A stretch of DNA of 64,000 nt from Octopus sinensis (GCF_006345805.1 NC_043009.1:38998001-39062000); one strand, 5' to 3'. Positions 14,205-26,230 are shown, counted from the first letter of the stretch. The notes: generated by a model not told the origin, from the letters alone. Program-made: numbers and translations.

Positions 14205-15470
14205 AATCTGATATGTAGCATTTGGTGAATAAGGGAGTTTGATTTCGCTGCCCTCATTTGCGCCTCCTGCCACGAGGTAGATTCATCTGGGACTCTTGAC
14301 AGGAAGCGATCCAGTTTTGAACTGAAAACACCTACATCCTCTTTCAGGCTCTTTGGGAGAATATTAAAAATCTGTGGGCCCCTGTAACCTAGGCTTCAAA
14401 CTTGCCCGTGTGGTTTGGAGCATCTGGTTGGCGATATATATTGCATATGACTATATTGTGTTGTCGTATGTATACAATTAGAGCGTCACATATTGAATTT
14501 GAGTATGACAGCTGGACCTGGAGTGTGAGTTCCTCACAGATGTATATAGCAACTCCACCATGGCTCCTTTCCCTTCTGTCTGTTCGCAGTATGGTATATT
14601 TTGGTGCGTGTAGTCCTGCATCCTCTATATCAGGCCTCAGATAAGTTTCCACGAGTGCTACGGAAAGAGCTTGATTGCATACAGCAAGGTCCCTCAGGAA
14701 AAAGATATTGTTTTTGCTGATGTATATGCAACAGGCCTTCAACATTTTGTAAAAATATTGGTATGACGACTGTGCTGGCATTAGGTGAGGCCATCCCATT
14801 TCTTTTGATTGTGGTCTCTTGCGAAGTGGTGGGCAAGGTTCCGTGTTTGCGTCTGATGTAGGCAGGTCACTTGCTGCACAGTCGTTTGGGTTATGATAAA
14901 AAATACTCTTTCTCAGCTGCTGCCATTTGCAAAGTATCTGAAGAGCACACTGCATCTGCATACTTTCTCTCTGGAGATGATTGGTGCCTTTCCTCTGGGA
15001 AGTATTTCCCTTTAAGGTCCCTGCCGTTTTGGTGGGGTGTCGGGTAAGCAAACAGGCAGTTTGTACCGTTTTCCCCATGCCAACATTTGCCTTGCAAGTA
15101 AAATCTGCACGTCCCCGTCTTCACTCTAAATTTTTTCTCCCCTCTTGATTTTCGGATTCCATTGGAGCCTCTAGATTTGTTTTTTTATTTGTTCTTTGTT
15201 TGGTTGTTTGGGGTTAAGGTTTTAGTTTTCGTCGTTTATTCATTTCCTTTTCCTTCCTCTCTTTTTCTTTTTCTTATGTTTTTGCTTGTGGTTTTTCCTT
15301 CCTTTACTAGTGGTAGCTCATGCATTCCTCTGGTTGTTCATAGGGGTGAGGGCTCCATTCTTTTGTGGGACCACTGGATCTGAGGGACATCTGGTTGTTG
15401 CTTCATCTTCCCTATTCTTATCATCTTTGCCACTGTTGTTTTTCCATGATGACATCAAGAGTGTCAATGT
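14205..15470 (-). mobile_element. CR1-group LINE with large internal deletion: CCCH-type ORF1, AP endonuclease, then ORF2 C-terminus
   Basis: CRFYLQGKCWHGENGTNCLFAYP (about 15109-15040); APE motifs LVETYL..YTILRTDR..GGVAIY..NIYRQP in ORF 14389-15078; then directly LGYRGPQIFNILPK..SKLDRFLSRVPDE..RAAKSNSLIH (14391-14222). No RT core. Confidence 0.8.
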
Positions 15471-15496
15471 GTGATCTAATAAGGGCATAGAATCGG

Positions 15497-15567
<71 letters not shown>

Positions 15568-15576
15568 TGTACATGT

Positions 15577-15960
15577 GGAGGCGCAATGGCCCAGTGGTTA
15601 GGGCAGCGGACTCGCGGTCGTGGGATCGCGTTTTCGATTCCCAGACCGGGCGTTGTGAGTGTTTATTGAGCGAAAACACCTAAAGCTCCACGAGGCTCCG
15701 GCAGGGATATGTGGTGATCCCTGCTGTACTCTTTCACCACAACTTTCTCTCACTCTTACTTCCTGTTTCTGTTGTACCTGTATTTCAAAGGGCCGGCCTT
15801 GTCACTCTCTGTGTCACGTTGAATATCCCCGAGAACTACGTTAAGGGTACACGTGTCTGTGGAGTGCTCAGCCACTTACACGTTAATTTCACGAGCAGGC
15901 TGTTCCGTTGATCGGATCAACCGGAACCCTCGTCGTCGTAACCGACGGAGTGCTTCCAGT
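15577..15960 (+). mobile_element. tRNA-derived SINE, family B
   Basis: Head GGAGGCGCAATGGCCCAGTGGTTAGGGCAGCGGACTCGCGG..TTTTCGATTCCC with Pol III A/B boxes, non-tRNA body, flanked by (GT)n/(AC)n. Confidence 0.85.
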
Positions 15961-15980
15961 GTGTACACACACACACACAA

Positions 15981-16035
<55 letters not shown>

Positions 16036-16778
16036 TATATATGTATATATGTATATATACATGTATGTATGTATTTCTACTATATATGTGTATGTGTGCC
16101 TCTGTGTGTGTGTACGTGTATTTGTGTGTACGTGTGTGTGTGTGCGTGTGTGTGCGTGCATACATAGATTCTTATACTTTTTTTCTCTCTTTGTCTCTTA
16201 TGGAAAGTCGGCAGTTGTTCAAGTTTTCTGATGCAACTGTACCCATGTTTGTCAGAAAAAGTCCTAATTAGATGCAATGTCTAACAAGAAGAGATAGGCT
16301 GTCGGATTTCGGTATTCTGTTTTATAGTAGGACAGATTTGGCATTGGCATTGATTTCTTAAAATGCTGAATTAAATTAGTTTGTCGTGGTTTGTCGTGGT
16401 TTTCGATATTTCTGCAGGTGTGGAATTTTCTAGTTAATGAGACCTGAGTATGGTAAATAACGAAGAATAGAAGTGTGTTATAAATATAAAAATGTGCTTA
16501 ATTAATTGTAGCGGTAAGTAGGGCATTTATGCAGAGAGGTAAGAATAGACGAGCGATAGTCATGACAATGTTAACTCGGACTGAGTTACGGAGCTATGAG
16601 GAAATAGTTGCTATGACATGCTGCTTCTAATAATTAGCACAAAATTTACGACTTGTCCAGACGATGGTGTGACTCGATAGGTTACGATAGGTTGATAGTC
16701 TCGCGCAGACCAAATGGATTTGTGAATGGATTTGATAGATGGAAACTGAAAGAAGCCAGTCGTATACACACACACACA

Positions 16779-16817
16779 TGGCGTAGGAGTGGCTGTGTGG
16801 TAAGTAGCTTGGTTACT
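16779..16817 (+). mobile_element. 5' head of a family A SINE, interrupted by the 16818-19077 insertion
   Basis: TGGCGTAGGAGTGGCTGTGTGGTAAGTAGCTTGGTTACT; the SINE resumes at 19078. Confidence 0.85.
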
Positions 16818-16840
16818 GGTTGCTTCTGCACATATGCAAG

Positions 16841-16875
16841 TCAGTGTTGTGTGTGACACCGAAGATGTAAGACGT
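16841..16875 (+). promoter_or_regulatory. Candidate internal Pol II core promoter (Inr + DPE)
   Basis: TCAGT at 16841 (A+1 = 16843); AGACGT at exactly +28..+33 (16870-16875) matches DPE consensus RGWYVT. Confidence 0.5.
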
Positions 16876-16925
16876 GTTTTTGAAAGCCGTCTTAAATTGA
16901 AGACTTTTGAATACTCAGCCGTAAG

Positions 16926-17462
16926 GTAAGAATCTTGGGGGTCTAGTTGGGACCTGTTGTATGTTGCAAATTATTTTTACAAGCAACAAGTCCTCACTAG
17001 GCTCTAGTATGCCGGAGGCTGAGTAAAAATACTATTCACTTAATTGTGAAAATTATTGGTTTGGTAGGCGTATCCTGCCAAACTTTTGTTTGAAAATAGT
17101 GTTGTTCCTGTTAAGGAGTACCTAGAAGAAATTTGGAATGGTTTTTTAAACTGTTTTACAGTTATGTTAAATTTTGGCCGTAACGGTGAATTGAGAATGT
17201 TTTTGAAAATTCTTCTTGTGAATTCTAGTGGGCGTATCTCGCCAGAAAAATATAAGAATAAGCCATTTGGATTACCCTTTTGGATTACCTTTTGGATTAC
17301 CTTTTTGGAGTATTATACAAAGGATTCCCTGTCTTTTACTTTCCCCTTCTCCTATTTTTCTTTCTTTCTAAATTTTGGTTCACTCTTTTCATAATTTAAT
17401 TTCAGTTTCCTCCCCTCCTCTTTTATTTTGTTTTATTTTTATTCGATTTAATTTTTTGGCAG
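16926..17462 (+). other. Candidate 537-nt spliceosomal intron in the element 5' UTR
   Basis: Donor AAG|GTAAGA at 16925/16926; long pyrimidine tract 17330-17458; acceptor TTTTTTGGCAG|AC at 17462/17463; 36 nt upstream of gacATGG at 17499. Confidence 0.55.
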
Positions 17463-17577
17463 ACTGTCTTCTGAACTACTTTTGAACTGTTTTTTGACAT
17501 GGTAGAGAAGGAACTTAAAAAACAAAAACTCTGTCTTAGAGTGGGAAATTAACCCGCCTAAGCAATGGTTAAAAGAT

Positions 17578-18429
17578 ATGGAGGAGAAGACGGTCGTACT
17601 TAGAACGTATTCTAAAGTTCTTAATTCCATCACCGTCTTCCCAAAACAAGTCATAAAAAATGAACTTAAAGAACATTTGTCCTCTGTAAAATATATATCA
17701 CGTGGGGTCAAACATGCAACTGTATGGTTGCTGTTTGACAACGGGGAAAAGTTTGCGAGTCAGCCTTTAGAAGGCAAGGAAATTTTGTTTCTCCCGTCAT
17801 ATTGTGGAAGAAAATTAATTCGAGCCTGGGTATGTGGGCTCCACCCGGGCACCGAAGCGGATTGGATTGAAGATACCATTCGACGGGGAGTGGGGGATGG
17901 CGGGCCCAGGCTCTTAAATGTAAGGGTATTGCCGGCGGTCGATTGGAAAGGGTCAAAAGCGAGTTTGACCCTGTGGACCCCATCGGCCGCAACAGAACTG
18001 GTTTTTCCAGATTTCTTGAAAATGGCTGGCTGCAGGTATCCGGTGATACTTGAGGGACGTCCCCCAAAGTGTCACTCGTGCCTGCAGCCAGGCCACATTA
18101 AAAGGAACTGCCTCCAGGACTATGGTAAGGTCCTGGAACAGTCAACAGATGCCACCTCTCCTACCCGGTCAAAGGGAGAGGTGGATGTGGTCGAGGAGGC
18201 TTCAGCCTCCTCAACTCTAAAAGGATCAAAAAGGAAGAAGGCGGGCAACAATAGTTGCCCGCCGAAGGAACCTAAGGTTTCGGGAGGCGAGGAAGAATCT
18301 CCGGACAAAGCGGAAGAGCTCCACTCTCCCGAAGCCAGGAAGAAAAAAAAAGAAAGAAGAAGAACGGGTCATCTCAGCAGGGAGATGATGTGCCGACTGC
18401 ATGCCCCGAAGTTGTGCCACCCACGGTGA
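17578..18429 (+). CDS. Gag-like/ORF1p nucleic-acid-binding protein with CCHC zinc knuckle (central part of a frameshifted ORF of about 420 aa, 17499-18762)
   Basis: VILEGRPPKCHSCLQPGHIKRNC (Cx2Cx4Hx4C, 18070-18111) preceded by the V..EG.P.KC context typical of Tx1/L1 ORF1; single-base shifts in A-runs at 17517-22, 18343-51 and 18507-13 join it to the ATG at 17499 and to ORF 18532-18762. Confidence 0.8.
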   Translation: MEEKTVVLRTYSKVLNSITVFPKQVIKNELKEHLSSVKYISRGVKHATVWLLFDNGEKFASQPLEGKEILFLPSYCGRKLIRAWVCGLHPGTEADWIEDTIRRGVGDGGPRLLNVRVLPAVDWKGSKASLTLWTPSAATELVFPDFLKMAGCRYPVILEGRPPKCHSCLQPGHIKRNCLQDYGKVLEQSTDATSPTRSKGEVDVVEEASASSTLKGSKRKKAGNNSCPPKEPKVSGGEEESPDKAEELHSPEARKKKKERRRTGHLSREMMCRLHAPKLCHPR

Positions 18430-19077
18430 GAGAAACCACCCCCACCCTTAAAGATGATCAATTGATTATCTTTTTCTACAAGGGTGGGGAGGTGGAAAAA
18501 ATAGTTAAAAAAACATAAAGAAACAGTAGATATGCCCTTCACACGAGATCCCGAATGGCCTCCGCAGATAGCGGTGGAGGTCATAAGGTTTCCCTTGTGG
18601 GAAAGGCTTAAAGGATTTGGAGAGGAGTGTCGCATATGGCCGAGTAGCCCCTACATGACTTACATGTCCTACATGAGTGAGGCATGGGAAATGGCGGGAT
18701 ACAGGAACTCAAGCGGCACTGAAGATAATGATGAATATATCAATGGATATATCAAAGAGTAGGAGGTGAAAGACCCTCGTTACAGAGTTTGAAACCTCAC
18801 CTTATTGGACTATTTTGTAGTGGTTTATAACCTCAATTTTGTGTTTTAAGAAAGAAAAAATAAAATATGTTAAGTAAGAGGTTTTAGTGCCTCCTTGTAA
18901 AAGGTTTGAAACCTTATATTGACTTAAAAAAAAGGGAAATATGTTTTCGAGAAAAATCCAATCGGTTGGTGTTGGGTTTCGTCTCTCATCTATTCATTAT
19001 AATTGATTTCATTCATTAATGTGTTTGTCCAGCCCGTAAAGCTCTTTGTACTGTCTATATGACAAATTTATGACATA

Positions 19078-19240
19078 AAGTAGCTTGCTTACTAGCCACA
19101 TGGTTCCGGTTTCAGTCCCACTGCGTGGCACCTTAGGTAAGTGCCTTCTACTTATAGCCTCGGTCGACTAAAGGCGGTGCTTCAGCATGGCCACAGTCAA
19201 ATGACTGAAACAAGTATAAGAGTAAAAGAGTAAAAGAATA
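19078..19240 (+). mobile_element. Remainder of the interrupted family A SINE (internally deleted)
   Basis: AAGTAGCTTGCTTACTAGCCACATGGTTCCGGTTTCAGTCCCACTGCG.. through tail GACTGAAACAAGTATAAGAGTAAAAGA. Confidence 0.9.
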
Positions 19241-19790
19241 TATACACACATATATATATCTGTGTGTGCATGTGTATGTGTGTGGGTGTGTATGCGTGTG
19301 TGTCTCTGTGTCTCTGTTTGTCTCAACCTCCACTGATTGACAATCTGCGTTGGTTTGTTTACGTCTATGTGACTTAGCGATAGAATAAGTTCCAGACTTT
19401 AAAAAAAATAACAACAAAAGAAATGAGTTCGATTCTTTCGACTAAGAATTCTTCAAGGCGATGCTTCAGCATGGCCGCATTCTAATGACTGTAAAAAAAA
19501 CTATAAAATATGAGATACACGATATAAAGGATTTTAATTGAATTTTATGCCTAACCGAAGACAAATGGAAAGTCTTTTGATGTGTGGACTGGATAACATT
19601 GAGGATCGAAAGAGGAGATTTGCGTTTATGTCCTTTAAATTTGGGGCTGGGAGATAGTAATGGATGCGCAAATGTTATTGTGCATATATCTTAGAGCAAT
19701 ATTTATAATATCCGGAAACAAATATTCTTGTTGCATTATGTACTCCGTTGACGAGTGAAAATAAGTGGGAGAGAATGGAACCAGCACGTG

Positions 19791-19791
<1 letters not shown>

Positions 19792-19829
<38 letters not shown>

Positions 19830-19999
19830 AAGAAGAAGAAGAAGAAGAAGAAGAAGAAGAAGAAGAAGAAGAAGAAGAAGAAGAAGAAGAAGAAGAAGAA
19901 GAAGAAGAAGAAGAAGAAGAAGAAGAAGAAGAAGAAGAAGAAGAAGAAGAAGAAGAAGAAGAAGAAGAAGAAGAAGAAGAAGAAGAAGAAGAAGAAGAA
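19792..19999 (+). repeat. (GTA)n followed by about 57 perfect (GAA) units
   Basis: Directly visible; source of the poly-E, poly-R and poly-L ORFs. Confidence 0.98.
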
Positions 20000-20062
20000 A
20001 CAGCAAATTTATTTTAGACCTTAGGAATCGTCTTTCCGATTACCGAGTTTCCATGGCGTATA

Positions 20063-20247
20063 AGTGAACTAGATCCCTACACACCCTCTGATTGGGACGC
20101 CAGTCCGTAGCGAGGTTACTCATTTACAACTGGATTGGATTTGATATCATGAAACGAAACGCACCCCTCTTTCCAGAAACCACCACAACCATGATATTGA
20201 CGACTTTACGACTGCGAGTACAATAGCCTGCCACTAGGCCCCGCAGC
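20063..20247 (-). mobile_element. Decayed tRNA-derived SINE fragment
   Basis: Minus head GGCTGCGGGGCCTAGTGGCAGG..; body GACTGGCGTCCCAATCAGAGGGTG. Confidence 0.45.
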
Positions 20248-22599
20248 CATCATTTATAGCTCTCGTAAAACTTATCTAAATTGCAAAAGAGGTTGCTGTT
20301 GATCGTAGGATGGTAGATGTAGAGGAAAAGGATTTTTAGTAGGGTTTCGAGAAGTTTGAAGTTCTAGAGAGAAAGAATCAGTAGAAGTGTATAATGCTTA
20401 GTTTTTAGAATATAGTTAAATATAAAAAAGAGAGGGATTCAACTAGAGCTCTCTCCGTACACAACTTGTTACTCTTCATAGATAATGCTTGGGTACTTTG
20501 GTGCGAATGTAGTCGCAGTAGTGGGTAGGAGGCAGGTTGGAAATAGAGTATTAGGGAGAGATGAGAAACAGTAGCACAATGTGCCGTTATAAAAAAATAT
20601 AAAAGAACTGATTATTCTTAGGTACTGAAGAGTCCCCACCCCCATCACAGCTCAACAAGCAGTAATAACAGTAAGACTTTATTGGAAGAGTTGATACCTT
20701 CGGATGATCCATTCTCCCACCCCTGCTACAAATAGGGAGTTTTGTGATCCTAAAGACTAATGAATAGACTAACAAGATCAACATGACTAACGTGACTATA
20801 CATAACTATGCATGACTACTAACGTAGCCAACATGATTATTCATGATTAACGTGGCTAACATGACTATTTATGAATAACATGACTAACATAACTAGAGTT
20901 AGTAGCCGGGAGAATTTTGACAGCTACCTTACATATATAACAATCATATGATGAACTAGTTGATTAGGTTACTGACGTGTTAGGGATTAGGTGGGAAAGT
21001 ATTGAAAGATAAAGAAAGAAACGTTATATTGTTCTTCTTTTAAAGGAATAATGAAGCTATACGCAAATATCATATAGCAACGAAGTATGAAAGATAAACA
21101 TCCCCATGCAACAATGTAAACTAAATAACACCGGTCTCTCTTGCAATTTCCTACGGCTATCGGTGTTTGATATCCAAAAAGGAAAAATATTAAATCTTGA
21201 TCGAGAACGTTACGCAGTCGTGACTTGCTGAGTGAATAAGAACAATGTATTGTGTGCGAGGAATAAACATTTTCTCCATTTTAGTCGTTGAATAAGTTAC
21301 TACAGAAAGGTTATTTGATAATATACTTTCGACGGTAATATTTTCTGATTCATGGAAACTTTATAGATGTGTCCGTCACTAAAAGAACTCGTAATATAGA
21401 AGCGGTCTTCTTTTGCGTCGTATTGTGTTTTATTATGCTATGAACATTGTGGATTCAACACGACACAGTAAATATTTATATTTTGGATATTTTACAATTA
21501 TTTCAAGCACTATGAGATGTTTGGTGGCTACAACACATTCATTTTAGACATTCAGAGTGCAGCAGAACTTATTTACAAGCAAATACAGAAAAGAAGCGCC
21601 ATATTTGTAGCGTGAGTGCTGGTATATATCTAAGCCTTTTTGATTGATGCGTGGAAAATTAACTTTAGGTTGATCCCATTCGTTATGAATTTTTTTATTC
21701 TTTATTTATCTTATCGCGGGTGTATTAAATTGTAATTCTGTCGTTGTAAAAAGATTTAACAGCAGTGGCATCGTACTTAGCGTTTCTTCTATATCTATTT
21801 TTGTTGTTGTTGTTTAGATTTAGTTGTTGGTAGTTTCAAGTGAACAACATAAGAAACCAGATGTTAAGAAAATGACCCTGTCTAACATATTTACCTTCAA
21901 CCTGTTTGCTGATAAAAATCGAGGGCAGACATAGAACTACACTAAGTAATACCCCATTCATGCTTTACCAGTGTTGTAGACATTATCTTAGACGCCCGTG
22001 TATTGATACGATTTAACATCCAATTACCGAATTTGTAGGGGGAAATGGTTTATATCAGAGAAAACAGCAAGAGAGATAAATGCATCACACATGAACGGGA
22101 TACAAGGTTACAAAACCTTTATTAAAGAAGCTCGACATATTGCTACTCTGTTGCTATACTTTCTAATTATTCTGTTTAGATTAACTTATTTTATTTTAAC
22201 TTGTGGTATTTTATTGCTTGATACTATATAACCTAATTGCCCACTGCAATTAAATTGTGATTTTTATCGATATGTTTTTGCTATTGATCTTTCATAACCG
22301 CTTACAGATATAATCGAAATTTTAGAAAATTTTAAAATATATTTTGGATATATATATATATTTTCAATAATTTTCTATCTTATTAATTGTATCACACTAA
22401 TAGTATTTAAGATGAAAGTACGTTAAAACAACACAGAAAAGTTAATTAAATGAAAAAGAAGAACTTCAAAGTATACATATCATTTTATTAGTGCTTAATA
22501 TACATGACTTGATAAAATCGGATAGAAACCTATGAAAATGGCTCCATATAACTCAGCATCAAACAAAATTGCTAAAAGCATATTCACCAAGTAAAGGTT

Positions 22600-23300
22600 C
22601 TATTAATGTATATTTGATCTGCATGCTTTTAAGTTAACGGACAATCCTTCATTTAGGAAGAATTCTTGCTTTACGAAGCCTTCTCAGTCGCTAATATGTC
22701 TCGAAGCCCATTTCTAGCAAACACATGCTTTCCTGTTTCCGCTTCTTTATTCTTAAATATTATTAATTCTGGCCACCCGTAGTATGCATCAATAAGTATT
22801 ATGAAACTTCCATTATTCTTGACGTAAGCATGATTCATGTGCACATGTTTCCATGCTTTAATTTCTGAGGCCATGCGTGCACTGCGTGTGTGCCGTTCCA
22901 CATCTTCATATTCATAACTATACAATCTTACAGATTCACAGTAACTTGGTCATCATGCTTATAACTTCAACCGATTCCTCGTTGGCGTTGAGCCACAATG
23001 AACAGCATCATGCGCACAGCTTTTATCATTAATGTTCTTAAACAGGTTGATGGAACAATTAAATTCTTCGTTACATCATTTTCAACTGTTAACTTATATT
23101 TCAATGACTTCAGCAATAATTTCTCCATGAGAACAATGGCTCCAAATGTTAATAGAAATCTCCTTTAATGCATAGGTTACAACATGATTAGAAATTCCCA
23201 CTCTTTACATGTATGTTTAAATGTATTTATCACAGTAACATCTCGTGCTCTTGTACGCATTTCGATATAATGACGCAATCTCTTAAAATCTAATTTAACA
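22600..23300 (-). mobile_element. Ty3/gypsy integrase remnant
   Basis: LHDAVHCG (zinc-finger H-H region), then WKHVHMNHA..FIILIDAYYGWPELI..VFARNGLRDILAT, matching gypsy integrase (WxRxHxD..LxxVDAYSKWPE..FARxGxPxxLVSDN). Confidence 0.8.
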
Positions 23301-23714
23301 AAATAACTCAGAGCTCAAGAAGAACGTAATAGCAATCAGAAACTTGATGTTTTAATTTACTCCCACATTTTATAATCACAATATATATATATATCCTCAG
23401 AACCCCACCCGTCTTTTACCTAAATACTAAAGGAGACGTGTGTTTATTTATAATCTGTACATCGCGAAGATATTAAAAAAGTCATTCAAGAATGAATTTT
23501 CTTAGCTTTACTATGACTAGACGTGTTAGTAATGGAGTTGTCTCAGAATGACATAACATTGTATAAACTTTGAGAATAATGTTATGCTTTAAACATCGAA
23601 ACCAACCAAATTGTCTTAGAAACTCAATCTTATGAATAAGTGCATACAATGAATATTCACCTCAAAGTAAACCGTAAAGGAACGAGATGATGAGTGTATA
23701 TATATATATACTCT

Positions 23715-24127
23715 CTTTTATCTTTTAATCTTTTACTTGTTTCAGTCATTTGACTGCGGCCATGCTGGAGCACCGCCTTTAGTCGAGCAAGTCGACCCCG
23801 GGACTTATTCTTTGTAAGCCCAGTACTTATTATATCGGTCTCTTTTGCCGAACCGCTAAGTGACGGGGACGTAAACACACCAGCATCGGTTGTCAAATAA
23901 TTCTAGGGGGACAAACACAGACACACAAACATATACACACACACTTATATATACACATATATACGACAGGCTTCTTTCAGTTTCCGTCTACCAAATCCAC
24001 TCACAAGTCATTGGTCGGCCCGGGGCTATAGCAGAAGACACTTGCCCAAGATGCCACGCAGTGGGACTGAACCCGGAATCATGTGGTTGGTTAGCAAGCT
24101 ACTTACCACACAGCCACTCCTGCGCCT
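23715..24127 (-). mobile_element. Family A SINE, full length
   Basis: Highly similar to 39145-39565 and 11281-11700; tRNA-like head at 24127. Confidence 0.93.
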
Positions 24128-26059
24128 ATATATATATATATATATTCTAAAAGCTCGTCAACAAATTATTGAGACGATAGTGCGCAGCTGTATGGACGCT
24201 GACAACTTGGCACGGCTGAATGGACAACGAACATGTTTTGGTGACAGTGCGTTTTGGCGCTGGAGCCAAGCACGAACATGCGTACGAGCGCACACACAGT
24301 CACGTATATATGAGCACGCGCTGAAATATATAGACACAGAGTAAGAGAGAGAGAGAGAGATAGAGAGAGAGAGAGTGAGAGAGAAAGAGAGAGAGAGAGA
24401 GAGAATGAAAAAATATCAAAACTTTTGATCTTAAATGAGTCCGCATCGATGCAGCAACGCCAAGAGAACGGCGCCGAACGGCTGTACCAAAATGTCTCGT
24501 ATCCGATTTACTTTATATTCAGCTACAACGACACTACACTACTGTCAGGTTTTATTCATGATCTTCCGAAATCCAATAAGTGCTCTACCAAATGGTTTTA
24601 AGTTGAGATCACACATTTGGGTTTTTCAAATCAATCCAGGGATTTGGGGGTAATTCAAATACTTGACTACCAGTGTATCGTTGTAGTATTGTAGGGCAAT
24701 TGCATATATACTTGTAGAATTTTTATTCTTAATTTCTTCCATTTCCTTAACCAAAGTGGTTTTTCTTTCACATTAAAAAATAAGTTTTACCATATGCAAG
24801 ATAGTGCATGCTTATATCTATAAAAGCGAAATTTCGAATCAGATTTATAATTCTTTCTATCAAAACATGACACAATCATATCATGAAGATCACCATTACT
24901 TTCTGTTGTTTTTATATTCTTTGGATTGGAGTTACATGAAGCTTAGATATCATTTCAAGCTTTTGAATGAATGTACGGTACGCATTAAGTTTTCGGTGAT
25001 CTGATTGAATATATATTATAATACTTACTTTCATTTGATGCTCTGATCATTTCACATTATCTATAGGATTCATTTAAGTCATGCATTTACACTATTCTAT
25101 GGAGTTCCAATCTATTTATAAAAAAAAAATTCCTTAAAAAGAACTCAATCACGTATTCTCTGAATTGATTCAATCATATTTTCGATGTGATAAAAATTTG
25201 ACAATATCCGAATTTCCTAATTTCTTTTTCATGAAGCCTTGACAACATTATTACACACCAATTTCTTCAAGTTCCTGGCTTTTCGATCGTACAGAAATAT
25301 TTGGTATCACTATCACACGTTTTCTGATTGAAACAAGTCTATTATTTGCTTTAAGTCATTCGGTGTCCAAAAGTTCATCCGTATTTTCAGTGGCAGCACA
25401 ATATTAACAGCCAAGCCTCTGTCATCGTGCGGACGTCTGTTGCTATTTACAGTCGGCACCATTGTTTTGTGCTATAATTATGTGGCTGCACGGCATCTTA
25501 TACTCTCAGAAAAGAAAAAAAAAATTTCTTTATTGGACTACCAACCCTTTGACATTGAATTATAGTGATCTGCTTTAAGTAGAATCAACAAATGAGTAAA
25601 ATTCCTGCAATGCTACCAACATTAATATGATAACGATATTACAATTAATTATTTTACAACAGCAATTTTGCTTATGAAAAAGCATCAACACACGAAAACA
25701 TGTTGGACAGCTGCAAAAGGAAGACATTCAAAGAGTAAATCTCATTTTACTAGCACCTAATGAATTTTATTGCGAGAGTTAAAAGCAATGAACAAGTATA
25801 GCGTCTTCGGTGCGATATTTATAAACTATTTATGCTGATTTTTTTCCGGCTCCGGTACATGGCCGTATATTTATTGATGTCGGGGTTATTCCATTACAAA
25901 TATACAAGTACGTTTGATTTATAATCCATAAATTGATCGAATTTTTCAGATGGCCTAGACGTATTTTCCCATTAAAAAGGCTGATAGAACCAATAGAACT
26001 TGTAGATTATAACGATTGACACATCTGTCGTTTAATATATTTTCATATTCCTATATGCA

Positions 26060-26141
26060 TATACATACATACATATATATATATATGTGTGTGTGTGTCT
26101 GTGTACATACACACATACATGTGTATGCATGTATGTATGTA

Positions 26142-26185
<44 letters not shown>

Positions 26186-26230
26186 CTTTATATATATGTA
26201 TATATGTAAGTATATATATATATATATATG

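Larger units (their letters stand above)
16818..19077 (+). mobile_element. ORF1-only Tx1/L1-like retroelement bounded by 16-bp TSD
   Basis: TSD AAGTAGCTTG(G/C)TTACT at 16802-16817 and 19078-19093; single gag-like ORF with CCHC knuckle; no APE or RT sequence recognisable in the 2.26 kb. Confidence 0.8.

Noticed and set aside
18926-18933. A8 run initially read as the poly(A) end of the ORF1-only element
   Set aside because: The TSD places the 3' end at 19077, so this run is internal.
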